A DNA stretch of 64,000 bases from an uncultured Spirochaetota bacterium (GTDB taxonomy: Bacteria > Spirochaetota > Spirochaetia > SZUA-6 > CAVTHK01): the NCBI GenBank assembly GCA_963734495.1, contig CAVTHK010000002.1:128001-192000 (forward strand), written 5' to 3'. Both the position numbers and the translations under genes were made by a program. Shown here in pieces: positions 11,196-24,129 of this stretch (position 1 is its first letter; each line of letters begins with the position of its first letter). The notes below the pieces were generated by a model that did no database searches, was not told where the DNA came from, and saw nothing but the letters and a program-made list of their open reading frames with translations.

Positions 11196-12486
11196 ATGCG
11201 CAGGTTCCGTTCCCGCCACCTGTTCCCGATCGCGGCCGCGATGTTCCTCGCGTCGTGCGGACCCCGCGCCGGATACGGCGTGCTGCTGTGGGCGCCGGGC
11301 ACCGCGTCTGCCGTGCCCCTCGGGTCCACCGGCTCGATCCTGCCCCTCGCCCGCGAGTCGAAGATCCAGAACGTCTACTGGGTGCGGCCTCCCAGGCAGC
11401 TGCGTCTGGCGGAGGTGCCGCTGTGGCGCATCCGCGCGTTCGGCTCGAGAAAACAAGCCGAGCGCTTCTCGCAGGACTACGCCCCCCTCGCATTCGTCTA
11501 TGCGTACTCGCTGCGGCGCGGCCTGCCCCTGCGCGATTCGCCCGGGCAGGACGCCAGGATCGTGTACAAGCTCGACGCCGACCAGGTGGTCAAGGTGGTG
11601 TGGCGCGCGGAGCGGCCCCAGAAGGCCGGCGCCTACACCAACCGCTGGTTCCGAGTCGTCACCGACGACGGCTCCGACGGCTACTGCTTCGGGCAGTACC
11701 TCAAGCTGTTCCAGACGCGCTCCGATCCGTACGAGGAGGCCGCCGCGATCCAGGCGCGCGACGAGAGCCTCGAGCGTATCCTCGCGGAGGGGTGGCGGCC
11801 CGAGTACTTCCGCGAGATGATCGACAAGAACCGGATAGACCTGCGCCGATTCCGCGACGACGTCGGGCTGTTCGCCGACCCGCAGGCGAGGCGCGTCCGC
11901 ATCCAGAAGGTCGCCGCGAGCTACCAGTTCGACTACCGGACCGTGCGCAAGATGAGCGCGACCACCTACCAGTTCGAGGGCAGCGACCTGCGGATCGAGC
12001 TCCTCGGCGAGGACCGGCTCGTCGCGAGCTACCCGACGCCGGAGCGTCTCGTGAGCGAAGTCTACGTCAACATCGAGCGAGGACGTCGGCGAGATCATCG
12101 AGAAGGAGCGCGCCCGCAGGCTGGAGATCTACAAGCCTTTCGCCGGCACGACGGTCAGCAGCAGCGCCTACGGGACGATCGCGTTCGCACCGGACATGAG
12201 CTTTACGTGGAAGGGCTACGAGCGGCTCGTCCCTTCTGTCGTGCCGGCCGGCGCGGGAGACCGCGGGCGGATCGACTTCCGCTACCACCTCGACCCCGAA
12301 TCGGCCCGCCGCTTCGACGGAGTGATGACCTTTCGGTTCGCCGCGCTCTCCGGGGACGGCGAGGTCAACTTCTTCTACAAGCGCGAGGGAGCAGCCATGC
12401 GGCTGGTCTTCGCGACGCCGAGGAGCGCCGATGACCTCCTGATGCGGGCCTCCGCGGCCAGCAGCTGGGTGCTCTTTTTCCAGTAA
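11196..12486 (+). CDS. SH3b-domain lipoprotein; one apparent frameshift near 12080
   Basis: Lipobox LASC. SH3b-like segment GLPLRDSP...IVYKL...WFRVVTDDGSDGYCFGQYL. Continues in the frame of ORF 12196..12486, whose TAA overlaps the ABC-F ATG. Confidence 0.7.
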
Positions 12487-14441
12487 TGCCGACCGTCAGC
12501 CTGACCGAGGTCTCGCACGCCTACGGGGCGCAGCTCGTCCTCGACCACGTGAGCCTGACACTGCGCGAGGGCGACCGCGTTGCGCTCGCCGGCGCCAACG
12601 GCAGCGGCAAGAGCACGTTGATGAAGGTCCTCGCCCGGCTGCTCGCGCCGGAAAGCGGCACCGTGATCTGGGAACGCGACGCGATGGTCTCCTATCTGCC
12701 GCAGTCCGGCATCAAGCTCTCCGGACGCAGCGTGCGGAGCGAGGCCGAGGAGGCCTTCGAGCGGTTCCACTCCCTCGAGGCGGAGCTGACCGCTCTGGAG
12801 GCGGCGCTCCATCGGGCCGGCTCCGGGGGCGAGGGCGATGCGGACCGGCTCGTGCGGCGGTACGCGCAGCTCGCCGAGCGCCGCTCGTCGGTGGGTTTCC
12901 TCGAGCCGCACGCGCGGGAGGAGGCGATGGAGCGGGTGCTCCGCGGCCTCGGCTTCGCCCGCGGGGATTTCGACCGACCGGTCGCGGAGCTCTCGAGCGG
13001 GTGGCAGATGCGCGTCGCGCTGGCGAAGACGCTGCTCGCGCAGCCCGACATCCTGCTGCTCGACGAGCCGACCAACTACCTGGACCTCGAGTCCCGGGAG
13101 TGGCTGCAGCAGTTCCTCTCCTCCTTTCGCGGCGGCCTTCTGATCGTGGCCCACGACCGCTTCTTCCTCGATCGCACGGTGTCGCGCGTCGCCGAGGTCT
13201 TTCTCGGCAGGCTCACCACCTACACCGGGAACTACACGCAGTACGAGGAGAGGCGGCAGGCCGAGCTGGGATACCTCATCGAGCGCTGGCGGCGGCAGCA
13301 GGAGGAGATCGCCCGGACGGAGATGTTCATCCGGCGGTTCCGCTACAACGCTTCCAAGGCCCGCATGGTGCAGAGCCGCATCAAGGCCCTGGAGAAGCTC
13401 GAGCGCATCGAGCTGCCCCCGAGCCTCAAGCGCGCGCACATCAGCTTTCCGCCTCCGCCGCACTCGGGGCGCGAGGTGCTCCGCGTCTCCGGCCTCGGCA
13501 AGAGCTACGGCGAGCTGCGGGTGCTCTCGGACCTCTCGCTCCTCGTGCACAGGGGGGAGAAGCTCGCGGTCGTCGGCGTCAACGGCGCCGGCAAGTCGAC
13601 GCTGCTGCGCCTGCTCGCGGGACGACTCGACCCGGACGCGGGCCAGGTCGTCCGCGGCAAGGACGTCGCGCCGGGCTTCTACTCGCAGGACGAGATCGAC
13701 ACGACGGAGACCGACGCGGTCATCGACGTCGTCGAGCGCATCGCCCCGACCGAAGTCGTGCCGAAGGTCCGCGAGCTGCTGGGGGCGTTCCTGTTCCGCG
13801 GGGACGAGGTGTACAAGCCGGCCTCCGTGCTGAGCGGCGGCGAGGCGAGCCGCCTCGCGCTGCTCAAGCTGCTCCTGCGGCCCGTCAATCTCCTGCTGCT
13901 GGACGAGCCCACCAATCACCTCGACCTGGCGACCAAGGACATCCTGCTCGACGCGCTGCGCACTTACCCCGGGACCGTGGTCTTCGTGTCCCACGACCGG
14001 GATTTCCTCGCCCAGCTCGCCACGCGCGTGCTGGAGCTCGAAGGCCACCGCGGGCGCGAGTTCCCGGGCGACTACGAGTACTACCGCAGCCGCAAAGCGG
14101 CCGAAGGCGACCAGGCCGACCCGCTGATCGCGCCCTCCGCACGCGCGGCCGCGAAGCCGGCGCCGGTCGAGGCGGCGTCCGCGCGCGACGAACGCGAGGA
14201 GTCCAAACGGCGGCGCACCGAGGAACGGCGCCTCCGCAAGGAAGAGGCCGAGGTCGTCGAGCGCCTGGAGACGCTGGAGCGGCAGCGGGCCTCGCTCGAG
14301 GAGATCCTCGGCCGCGAGGAGACCTGGCGCGACGGCGAGCGCATGAAGAAGATCAAAGTAAAGCTGGCCGAGAACCATGAGGAGCAGGCGAGGCTCGCCG
14401 GGCGCTGGCAGCAGATCGAGGAGCTGCTTGCCCACTCCTGA
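12486..14441 (+). CDS. ABC-F family ATP-binding protein (ribosome-associated)
   Basis: Two ABC domains (GANGSGKST / GVNGAGKST, LSSGW / LSGGE, LLLDEPTN twice), inter-domain linker, C-terminal coiled coil, no TM. Confidence 0.93.
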   Translation: MPTVSLTEVSHAYGAQLVLDHVSLTLREGDRVALAGANGSGKSTLMKVLARLLAPESGTVIWERDAMVSYLPQSGIKLSGRSVRSEAEEAFERFHSLEAELTALEAALHRAGSGGEGDADRLVRRYAQLAERRSSVGFLEPHAREEAMERVLRGLGFARGDFDRPVAELSSGWQMRVALAKTLLAQPDILLLDEPTNYLDLESREWLQQFLSSFRGGLLIVAHDRFFLDRTVSRVAEVFLGRLTTYTGNYTQYEERRQAELGYLIERWRRQQEEIARTEMFIRRFRYNASKARMVQSRIKALEKLERIELPPSLKRAHISFPPPPHSGREVLRVSGLGKSYGELRVLSDLSLLVHRGEKLAVVGVNGAGKSTLLRLLAGRLDPDAGQVVRGKDVAPGFYSQDEIDTTETDAVIDVVERIAPTEVVPKVRELLGAFLFRGDEVYKPASVLSGGEASRLALLKLLLRPVNLLLLDEPTNHLDLATKDILLDALRTYPGTVVFVSHDRDFLAQLATRVLELEGHRGREFPGDYEYYRSRKAAEGDQADPLIAPSARAAAKPAPVEAASARDEREESKRRRTEERRLRKEEAEVVERLETLERQRASLEEILGREETWRDGERMKKIKVKLAENHEEQARLAGRWQQIEELLAHS

Positions 14442-14493
14442 GTGGGGTGGCCGGGCTCGACGGCAACGGCTAAAAGGGCTGCGAGGAGGGGGC

Positions 14494-15834
14494 ATGGGAG
14501 TCTTCAAGACGTACGACATCCGCGGGATCTACGGCAGGGAGGTCGACAAGGACCTCGCGTATCGCGTCGGGCGGGCGTTCGCGCGGAAAGCGGGCCTCAG
14601 GTCGTGCATCGTGGCTCACGACGCGCGCACCTACTCGCCGGACCTCTGCGGAACGGCTGATCGACGGGCTGCGGTACGAGGGGACGGACGTCATGACGCT
14701 CGGGCTGACGAGCACCCCGCACCTGCACTACGCGCAGATCGCGGGCGGGTATCCCGGCGCGGTGATGGTGACAGCCTCGCACAACCCGCCCCGCTATCAC
14801 GGGTTCAAGCTCTTCGGCGGCCGATGGCGGGTCGGTGAGCTACGACACCGGGCTCGCCGAGCTGGAGGCGCTCGTGGGGCGGCTGCCGGAGTCCGGCGCC
14901 GCGGCCAGCGGGCCGGCTCGAGCAGTCGAAGGACGCCTCGGCCTACATCGAGTTCCTGGCGTCCGCGGCGGCGCCGCCGCGCGATCGAGGGAGCTCGCCC
15001 GCCTCAAGGTCGTCATCGACGCCTCCAACGGGTCCGCGGGGGCGGTGTTCCGCGGCGCTGGCCCACAGGCTCGGCCTGCACGCCGGCGTCATCAACGGCA
15101 CGCCCGACGGGTTCTTCCCGAACCACAGCCCCAATCCGCTCGAGGCGGCAAGCCGCGAGCAGATCGCCGGCGAGGTGCGTGACATGGGCGCCGACGTCGG
15201 GGCCGTCGTCGACGGCGACGGCGACCGGATCATCTTTGTCGACGAGACCGGACGGGCGATCGAGGGCTATTTCGTCTCGGCGCTCATCGCGGAGCGGCTG
15301 CTCGCGGCCGAGCCCGGGGGCGCGATCGTCTACGACCTGATCTCCTCGCGTGTCCTGCCCGAGCGCATCGCGGAGGCCGGCGGACGTCCGATCGTATCGC
15401 GCGTGGGCTACACCTTTATCCACAGGGCCATGGTCGCGGAGCGGGCCCTTTTCGGGGCGGAGACATCGGGCCACGTCTACTTCCGCACGGCAGGCGGTTT
15501 CATCACGGAGTCCGCCGCCTACGCGCTCGTCGTCGTGCTGGACCTGCTCGCCGCGGCCGGCAGGCCGCTCTCCGAGCTCGTGCGGCCGCTGCGGGAGCGC
15601 TACGCGCAGGCGCCCGAGATCAACGTCGAGGTCGAGGACCGCGAAGCCGCCATGAAGAAGGTGGAGGCCGCGCACGCGGCGGCCGTGACCGACCGGCTGG
15701 ACGGCATCAGCGTGAGCTACCCGGACTACTGGTTCAACGTGCGGCCGAGCAACACGGAGCCGATCCTGCGCGTGCGCCTGGAGGCCTGCAGCGCGGCCGT
15801 CGCAGAGGCGCGCTGCGCCGAGCTGCGGCCCTGA
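14494..15834 (+). CDS. Phosphomannomutase/phosphoglucomutase; several apparent frameshifts (about 14645, 14820-14835, 14930-15060)
   Basis: FKTYDIRG, TASHNP, DGDGDR, GAETSGH and VRPSNTEP motifs spread over successive frames; GGAGG RBS. Confidence 0.88.
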
Positions 15835-15918
15835 TCGGTGCGTAGGGGCGGGGCGGGCGGCCTCTCGCACCCCCGGCCCGCGCCGGCGTTACATTCGAGG
15901 CAGGAGATCTCGCACCGT

Positions 15919-16513
15919 ATGAAGCTCAAGTACAATTCTCCGGTGATCCTCACGTTCGCCCTGGCGAGCCGGCGCGGTGATGGCCATCGCGAGCCTCCTC
16001 GGGCCCGCGTTCGTAGACGCCTTCTTCCGCGTCCCCGGGCGGAACGAGGGGTTCCGGTTGCTCTCGCTCGGCGGCCTGCGGCTGGTCACGCACGTCCTCG
16101 GGCACGCGAGCTGGACCCACCTGCTGGGGAACTTCACCCTGATCCTCCTGATCGGACCGATGGCCGAGGAGAAATACGGCTCGGGGGCTCTTCTCCTCAT
16201 GATGTTCACCACGGCCCTCGTGACCGGGCTCCTGAACGTGCTGCTTCTCGACACGGGCCTCTACGGCGCGAGCGGCATCGCCTTCATGCTGATCCTGCTC
16301 ACGTCGATCACGAACATCCGGGCGGGCGAGATCCCGCTCACGTTCGTGCTCGTGATCCTGCTGTTCATGGTCAAGGAGGTGTTCGCCGCCTTCCAGACGG
16401 ACAACATCTCGGAGTTCGCGCACATCCTCGGCGGCATCTGCGGCGCCTTCTTCGGGTTCCTGCTCCACGCGGGCGAGCCCGCCCAGCGGATCGAGGGACA
16501 GCGAGTGACGTAG
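15919..16513 (+). CDS. Rhomboid family intramembrane serine protease; frameshift near 15965-15975
   Basis: [13 protein letters not shown] start with [22 protein letters not shown] catalytic Ser, AHILGG catalytic His. Confidence 0.85.
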
Positions 16514-16598
16514 TCGCCGCACCGGCGCGGGAGGCCGCGCTGGTCAGCCCCCGCCGCTTTCTGCTATGCTTTCGCACGCCCGAGGTAACGACGCGAAC

Positions 16599-17664
16599 AT
16601 GTTCGAACAGAAGATCAAGGACGCCACCGACAGGTACGAGGCCGTGCAGGCCGAGCTGGCCGCGCCCGACATCACCCGCAACCAGAAGCGCTACCGCGAG
16701 CTGATGCAGGAGGCGAGCGGGCTGCGCGATCTGGTCGAGGCCGGCGTCCGCATGGAGCGCGTCGAGCGCGACCTCGCGGCGGCCCGCGAGATGGTCGAGA
16801 CGGCAAAGGAGAGCGACCTGCGCGAGCTCGCCCGGGAGGAGGCCCGCAGCCTCGAGGCGGCCCGGATGGGGCTCGAGGAGCAGATCAAGCTCCTGCTCAT
16901 CCCCAGGGACCCCCTGGACCTGCGCAACATCATCATGGAGATCAGGGCCGGCACCGGCGGCGAGGAGGCGGCGCTGTTCGCCGCCGACCTCTACCGCATG
17001 TACCAGCGTTATGCGGAAAACCGCGGCTGGCGGACCGAGCTGATCAGCGCCAGCGAGACGGAGATCGGCGGCTTCAAGGAAGTCATCTTCTCCGTGGCCG
17101 GGAAAGGACGTCTACGCCGACCTGCGCTACGAGAGCGGGGTGCACCGCGTGCAGCGAGTGCCCGCCACCGAGGCTCGGGCCGGATCCACACCTCGGCGGT
17201 GACCGTGGCCGTGCTCCCCGAGGCCGAGGAGACCGACATCGGATCCGGCCGGAGGACCTCAAGATCGACGTGTTCCGCTCCGAGCGGTCCCGGCGGGCAG
17301 AGCGTGAACACCACGGACTCGGCGGTGCGCGTCACGCACCTGCCCTCGGGCGTCGTGGTCATCTGCCAGGACGAGAAGAGCCAGCTGAAGAACAAGAACA
17401 AGGCGCTGCGCGTGCTGCGCGCCCGGCTGCTACGAGGCCGAGGAGCGGCGCAAGCAGGCCGAGCGGGCCGAGGAGCGGCGCTCGCAGATCGGCAGCGGCG
17501 ACCGCTCGGAGCGCATCCGCACGTACAACTTTCCGCAGAACCGCGTGACCGACCACAGGATCAACCTGACCCTCTACCGCCTCGACTCCATCATCGAAGG
17601 CGACCTCGCCGAGGTCATCGAGGCGCTCAGGCTCAGCGCGAGGGAGCAGCTGCTCAAGGCATGA
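16599..17664 (+). CDS. prfA: Peptide chain release factor 1; several apparent frameshifts (about 17100-17280, 17430)
   Basis: [28 protein letters not shown] (PxT), [35 protein letters not shown]. Confidence 0.93.
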
Positions 17665-18495
17665 CGGTCCGCGAGGCCCTCCGAGAAGGACACCTCCGGC
17701 TCGCCGACCGCGGGATCGAGACTCCGCAGCTCGACGCCTCGCTGCTCCTCGCCGAGGCGCTCGGCGCGACGCGCGAGCAGGTGCTCGCGCGGCTTCCCGA
17801 GGCCGTCGCTCCCGCAGCGCTGGACCGCTACCGGGAGATGCTCGTGCGGCGCGCCGAGCGGGGTGCCCGTCTCCTACCTGCGCGGCCGCAAGGAGTTCTA
17901 CGGTCTCGCCTTCGCGGTCGGCCCCGCAGTGCTGGTCCCGAGGCCCGACACGGAGTTGCTGGTCGAGCGCGCCGTGGCTCTTGCGCCGCGGGGCGCGAGA
18001 GCGCACGACGCCTGCACCGGGAGCGGGTGCGTGGCCATCGCGCTCGCCCGCGAGCGGCCGGACCTGGACGTCAGCGCCTCCGACCTCTCCACGGCGGCAG
18101 GGGAGGTGTTCGCCGCCAACTGCCGGAGCCTCCTCGGACGCGAGCTGCGCTTCTTCGCATCGGACGTGCTCGCCGGCGCCGGCGGCCCTTACGATCTCAT
18201 CACGGCCAACCCGCCGTACCTCCGCGACGAAGAGGTGCGCGCGAGAAAAGCCGAAGGCTGGCCGGAGCCCGAGCTCGCCCTCGCCGGCGGGCGCGACGGC
18301 CTCGACGTCGCGCGCAGGCTCGTCGAGCAGGCGCCGGGCCGTCTGCGTGCCGGCGGCCGGCTGCTGATGGAAGCGGACCCCGGCCAGATGGCCGACCTCG
18401 CGCGCATCCTGGCTGATCGCGGCTTCGCGGAAGTGGAGCGCTCGCGCGACCTTGCCGGGCGCGAACGCGTGATCCACGCGAGGTGGCCGGGGTGA
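17661..18495 (+). CDS. prmC: Release factor glutamine methyltransferase; frameshift near 17860
   Basis: ATGA overlap with prf[31 protein letters not shown]. Confidence 0.92.
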
Positions 18496-20467
18496 AGCCG
18501 GCGCCCGTCGATCTCGCCGCCCTCCTCGAGCCCTACGGCCAAGCCGACCGCGCGCGCATCACGGCGGCCGCCGCGTGGGCGGCGGAGCTGCACGAGGGCC
18601 AGAAGCGCGTGAGCGGCGAGCCCTACATCATCCACCCGTTCCACGTGGCGTCGATCCTGGTGGACCTGCGGCTCGACGCCTCGGCCGTCGTCGCGGCCCT
18701 CCTCCACGACGTGCTCGAGGACACCAAGGCCACCCCCGACCTGGTGCGCGCCGCCTTCGGGGACGAGGTGGCGCTGCTCGTCGACGGCGTCACCAAGATC
18801 GCCCACGTCGGGCCGCAGGGCCGGCGCGTGCAGAGCGCGGAGACGATCCGCAAGATCTTCTTCGCCATGGTCAAGGACGTCCGCGTCATCCTCATCAAGC
18901 TCGCGGACAAGCTCCACAACATGCGCACGCTCCAGTACCTGGACAGCCAGCGCGCCCGCGAGACCGCGGAGGAGTGCCTCGAGATCTACGCGCCCCTCGC
19001 GGGGAGGATGGGCATCTTCTCGATCAAGGACGAGCTCGAGGACCTCGCGCTGAAGTCCATGAACCCGCGGGCCTTTGAGCAGATCAAGCGCTTCGTCTCC
19101 GAGCGCAAGGGCGAGCGGGACGAGGCCCTCGACCGCGTCACCCGCAAGGTCTACGAGGCGGCCGCGCGGGAGGGCCTCGAGGTCGAGGTCAAGACGCGGG
19201 CCAAGCACTTCTACTCGGTCTACCAGAAGATGAAGCGGCGCAACGTGCCGCTCGACGAGATCTACGACCTCCTCGGGATCCGCATCCTCTGTCCCACCCC
19301 CGTCGAATGCTACAGCCTGCTCGGGCTCGTCCACAGGCTCTGGCCGCCGATCGCGGGGCGCTTCAAGGACTACATCGCGATGCCCAAGGCGAACCGCTAC
19401 CAGAGCCTGCACACGGTGGTGATGGGCGCCGACGGCCGCCTGATGGAGTTCCAGATCCGCACCTACGAGATGGACGAGACCGCGGAGTACGGCGTCGCCG
19501 CGCACTGGCTGTACAAGCGCGAGGGCGGCGCCCGGCCGCAGGACCTCGGCATCATCAACAAGCTCCGCGCCTGGGATTCGACGGCGTCGCAGAACTTTCT
19601 CGAAGAGATCAAGGCGGAGCTGCTCAAGGACTCGATCTACGTCTTCACGCCGCGCGGCGACGTGGTGGAGCTCCCCGTGGGCGCGACCCCGATCGACTTC
19701 GCCTACTACATCCACACGGAGGTGGGCCACCACGTTCAGGGCGCCCGCGTCGACGGCCGGATCTGGCCGCTGAAAAAGCCGCTCAAGAGCACGCAGATGG
19801 TCGAGGTCATCACGGCGGCGAACGGGAGGCCGCACGAGTCCTGGCTCTCCCAGTGCGTGACCCACAGGGCGCGCTCCAAGATCCGCCAGTGGCTCAACCA
19901 GAACGACCCTACGATCGCCGCCGAGCGGGAGCCGCCCGCGCGGCAGGAGCCACCGGCTCCCGCCCCCCGCCGGCGCCCCCGGTCGCCGTGCCCGGAGGCC
20001 TCGAGGTGCTCGACCGCTCGCGGGTCGGCATACGCATCGGCGAGGAGCGCAACATCCTGATCAGCATGGCGGGCTGCTGCGCCCCGACGCCCGGCGACGC
20101 CATCATCGGCTACGTGTCGCGGGGGCGGGGGATCATCGTGCACAGGCGCGGCTGCCGCAACATCGCCTTCATCAAGGACTTCGACGCGCGCAGCATCGAG
20201 GTCGACTGGGAGACGACGTCGCGCCTGGCGACCCGCCGCTTCCGGGTGACCACCCGCGAGGCGCCCAACGTCTTCTCGGAGATCGAGGGTGCCATCCGCA
20301 AGTTCCATGGGCACCTGATCTCGGGAAAGCTCACCCGCAACGACCGGGGCACCTTGACGGGGTACTTCACCATAGAGATCGAGGACCAGGAGCAGTATCG
20401 GAAGGTGCTCAAGAGCCTGCGCACCATCCCGTCGATGGTCAACATTCAGCCGTTGTCGACGGAGTGA
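18483..20467 (+). CDS. rel: Bifunctional (p)ppGpp synthetase/hydrolase (long RSH); frameshift near 19965-19985
   Basis: HD hydrolase (GEPYIIHP, LLHDVLED), synthetase (RFKDYI, YQSLHT, EFQIRT), TGS (FTPRGD...TPIDFAY), then CC (AGCCAPTPGD) and ACT domains in a shifted frame. Confidence 0.94.
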
Positions 20468-20495
20468 GCCGCGGCCGGGCCGCTTCGTCGGGCCG

Positions 20496-22100
20496 TTATT
20501 CCCCGAGGGCGTGGTAGGGGATCTCGTCCAGCGCGGCTCGCGGAAAGACCGGCAGCGCAGGCGGCGCCTCGAACGCAACGGCGAGGTAGAGCGAGAACAG
20601 CTCCTCCCGTCCGAGGAACGCCCCCGAGCGATCGTGGCTCGAGAAGAACGACGCAAACAGGACGTTCTCAGCCTCGATCCGCTCGGTGCGAAGCCACACG
20701 CTTTCGAGGGCCGGCTCCTTGACCGGGGGGAAACCCGCGAGCAGGCCCCCCTCGCTCCCCTCGAACCACAGGAGGCTCCCCGAGAGGCAAAGCGGCGGGT
20801 CTCCGTCGGCGATGCGCACTTCGTAGGGCGCCTCGCCGCGCGAGAGGACGTGAACCACGACGCCGTCTCCCTGGGGGACCCGGGCAACGGCGATCTCGAG
20901 CGGACACACGCGCTCGAGGCCGCGCCTGCGGGGATGGCGCACCCTGCCGGTGACGAGCAGGAAAGGGAAGTCCTCGACGAAGAAGTACTCCAGGCTGAGC
21001 GCCGCGGTTTCGCCGGCGAGCCGGTGGAGGCTGCGCAGGCCCCGCACCTTGTCGGCCTCGAGGGCGAAGGCGTTGATGACCTCGTACGGACGCGGCTTGC
21101 GCAGGGGCCCCGCGTTCGACCGGGCGGCGACGAGAGGGGTCACGAGGCGGCCGTTCCAGGCGAGGCCCGTCAGCCGGCCGGCATCGAAATGCGCGCCGAG
21201 GGCGCCGTCCGACAGCGAAACGGCCCCCATCATGACGGCTGTGTTCTCCCGCCGGGCCGCGGGAAAGACGCCGACGGAGCGGGCGGGGCCCGCGACCGAG
21301 CGGAAACCCGCGAGCACCTGCAGCACGCTCGCCGTCTCTTCGATGGCCTGCCGGTGCGTGCGGAAGGCGCTCAGGCTCGAGGCCCGATCGCGCAGCGCCG
21401 GGTCGCTCCCCGGCGACGGCGCGAGCGGCCCGGGCTGCGCGACAGTCACCGGCTCGTCGAGCCGCAGGAACTTGAGCTCCGCGCGCGAGGCGAGCCTGTC
21501 CAGGACCGTGCGCAGCGCGCGCCCGCCCGCGGGGTCGACGGCGATGCCGAGCACGCCGTCGCCCACGCGTTCGACGAGCCGGCCGGGGCGCTCGGCCGCC
21601 AGCTCACCGACCGGGTGGTGGTACAGCACCTGAAGGCGGGCGCCTTCTATCCCCGTCTCGCTGGCCGGCGACCAGCAGCCTTCGGCCGGCACCACGATGC
21701 GCCGCAGGCCCTTGGTGGCGTAGAGCCTGAGCGCCTCGGGGCGCAGGAGATCCGCCGCGGCGGGGGCGAGAACGCCAGGCAGCGCGCGGTAGGCCTTCGC
21801 CGCGTCGCCGGGGGGCCGCTGGCCCCACTCGACCTCGCGGCGGAGCTCCTCGATCTGCAGCATCGGGTGCGGGGCGCCGGCGTAGCCGACGGAAACGACG
21901 ACGTCGAGCGGGCGCCGCGACGGCAGCTCGCCGATGAATGCGGCCCACGCGCCGGCATCGGGCCCGGCCAGAGGGCTCGATGGAATCGCCCAATGCGCTG
22001 GAGAAGAGGGGAGAGCCGGGATGAGGGATGCGAGCGACTGGACGGACGCCCGGCCATCGGCCCGCACCAGCAGGAAGATGCGTAACTCCTTTTTGCCCAT
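20496..22100 (-). CDS. Hypothetical protein with a degenerate GH57-like N-terminal region
   Basis: 534-aa ORF with its own consensus promoter. SVGYAGAPHPMLQIEELRREVEWG resembles the GH57 GGYYEPILPLIP..D...QI segment; beta-rich C-terminus. Confidence 0.65.
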   Translation of the reverse strand: MGKKELRIFLLVRADGRASVQSLASLIPALPSSPAHWAIPSSPLAGPDAGAWAAFIGELPSRRPLDVVVSVGYAGAPHPMLQIEELRREVEWGQRPPGDAAKAYRALPGVLAPAAADLLRPEALRLYATKGLRRIVVPAEGCWSPASETGIEGARLQVLYHHPVGELAAERPGRLVERVGDGVLGIAVDPAGGRALRTVLDRLASRAELKFLRLDEPVTVAQPGPLAPSPGSDPALRDRASSLSAFRTHRQAIEETASVLQVLAGFRSVAGPARSVGVFPAARRENTAVMMGAVSLSDGALGAHFDAGRLTGLAWNGRLVTPLVAARSNAGPLRKPRPYEVINAFALEADKVRGLRSLHRLAGETAALSLEYFFVEDFPFLLVTGRVRHPRRRGLERVCPLEIAVARVPQGDGVVVHVLSRGEAPYEVRIADGDPPLCLSGSLLWFEGSEGGLLAGFPPVKEPALESVWLRTERIEAENVLFASFFSSHDRSGAFLGREELFSLYLAVAFEAPPALPVFPRAALDEIPYHALGE

Positions 22101-22130
22101 CGCCGAAGCCGAATCGTGCCGAGTTGCGCG

Positions 22131-22159
22131 ACTCTAACACGCCACCCCGGGGGTGTCAA
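22131..22159 (-). promoter_or_regulatory. Sigma70 promoter for the 20496..22100 gene
   Basis: Minus strand TTGACA(22159-22154)-17 nt-TAGAGT(22136-22131). Confidence 0.7.
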
Positions 22160-22284
22160 ACATCGAACCTTTGCGGTCCTTGCGCGCCCTTGGCGGCCTG
22201 GCGGGCCCCGCGCGGGTTCCCTGAGGTGCGGCGGCGGGTCGACCGTAGAGACCGGTCCGTTTCAGGGTTTTTCGGGCCAGCCCC

Positions 22285-22313
22285 TTGATGCGTGTGTAAA
22301 GAATTGTTATTCT
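22285..22313 (+). promoter_or_regulatory. Sigma70 promoter for groEL
   Basis: TTGATG-17 nt-TATTCT with extended TG; AT-rich patch. Confidence 0.65.
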
Positions 22314-22350
22314 TGCCACAAAGCGCAAGGGCGCTTCACTCTACCCATAA

Positions 22351-24062
<1,712 letters not shown>

Positions 24063-24082
24063 CAGTCCGGGAGCGTTCACGC

Positions 24083-24116
24083 GGGGGGAGCTCCCACGAG
24101 GGGTTCCCCCCTTTTT
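24083..24116 (+). terminator. Rho-independent terminator after groEL
   Basis: GGGGGGAGCTCC-cacga-GGGGTTCCCCCC followed by TTTTT. Confidence 0.88.
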
Positions 24117-24129
24117 GCATGGGGGGGTC

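Noticed and set aside
16566-18416. Apparent RF1-PrmC fusion or programmed frameshifting in prfA
   Set aside because: Multiple indels without a slippery or SD cassette; a normal ATGA junction exists at 17661-17664.
22134-22159. CIRCE-like inverted repeat upstream of groEL (CTAACACGC-N8-GGGTGTCAA)
   Set aside because: Only 6/9 matches per arm, an 8-nt spacer, and more than 120 nt from the groEL promoter; fully explained as the -10/-35 of the divergent gene.
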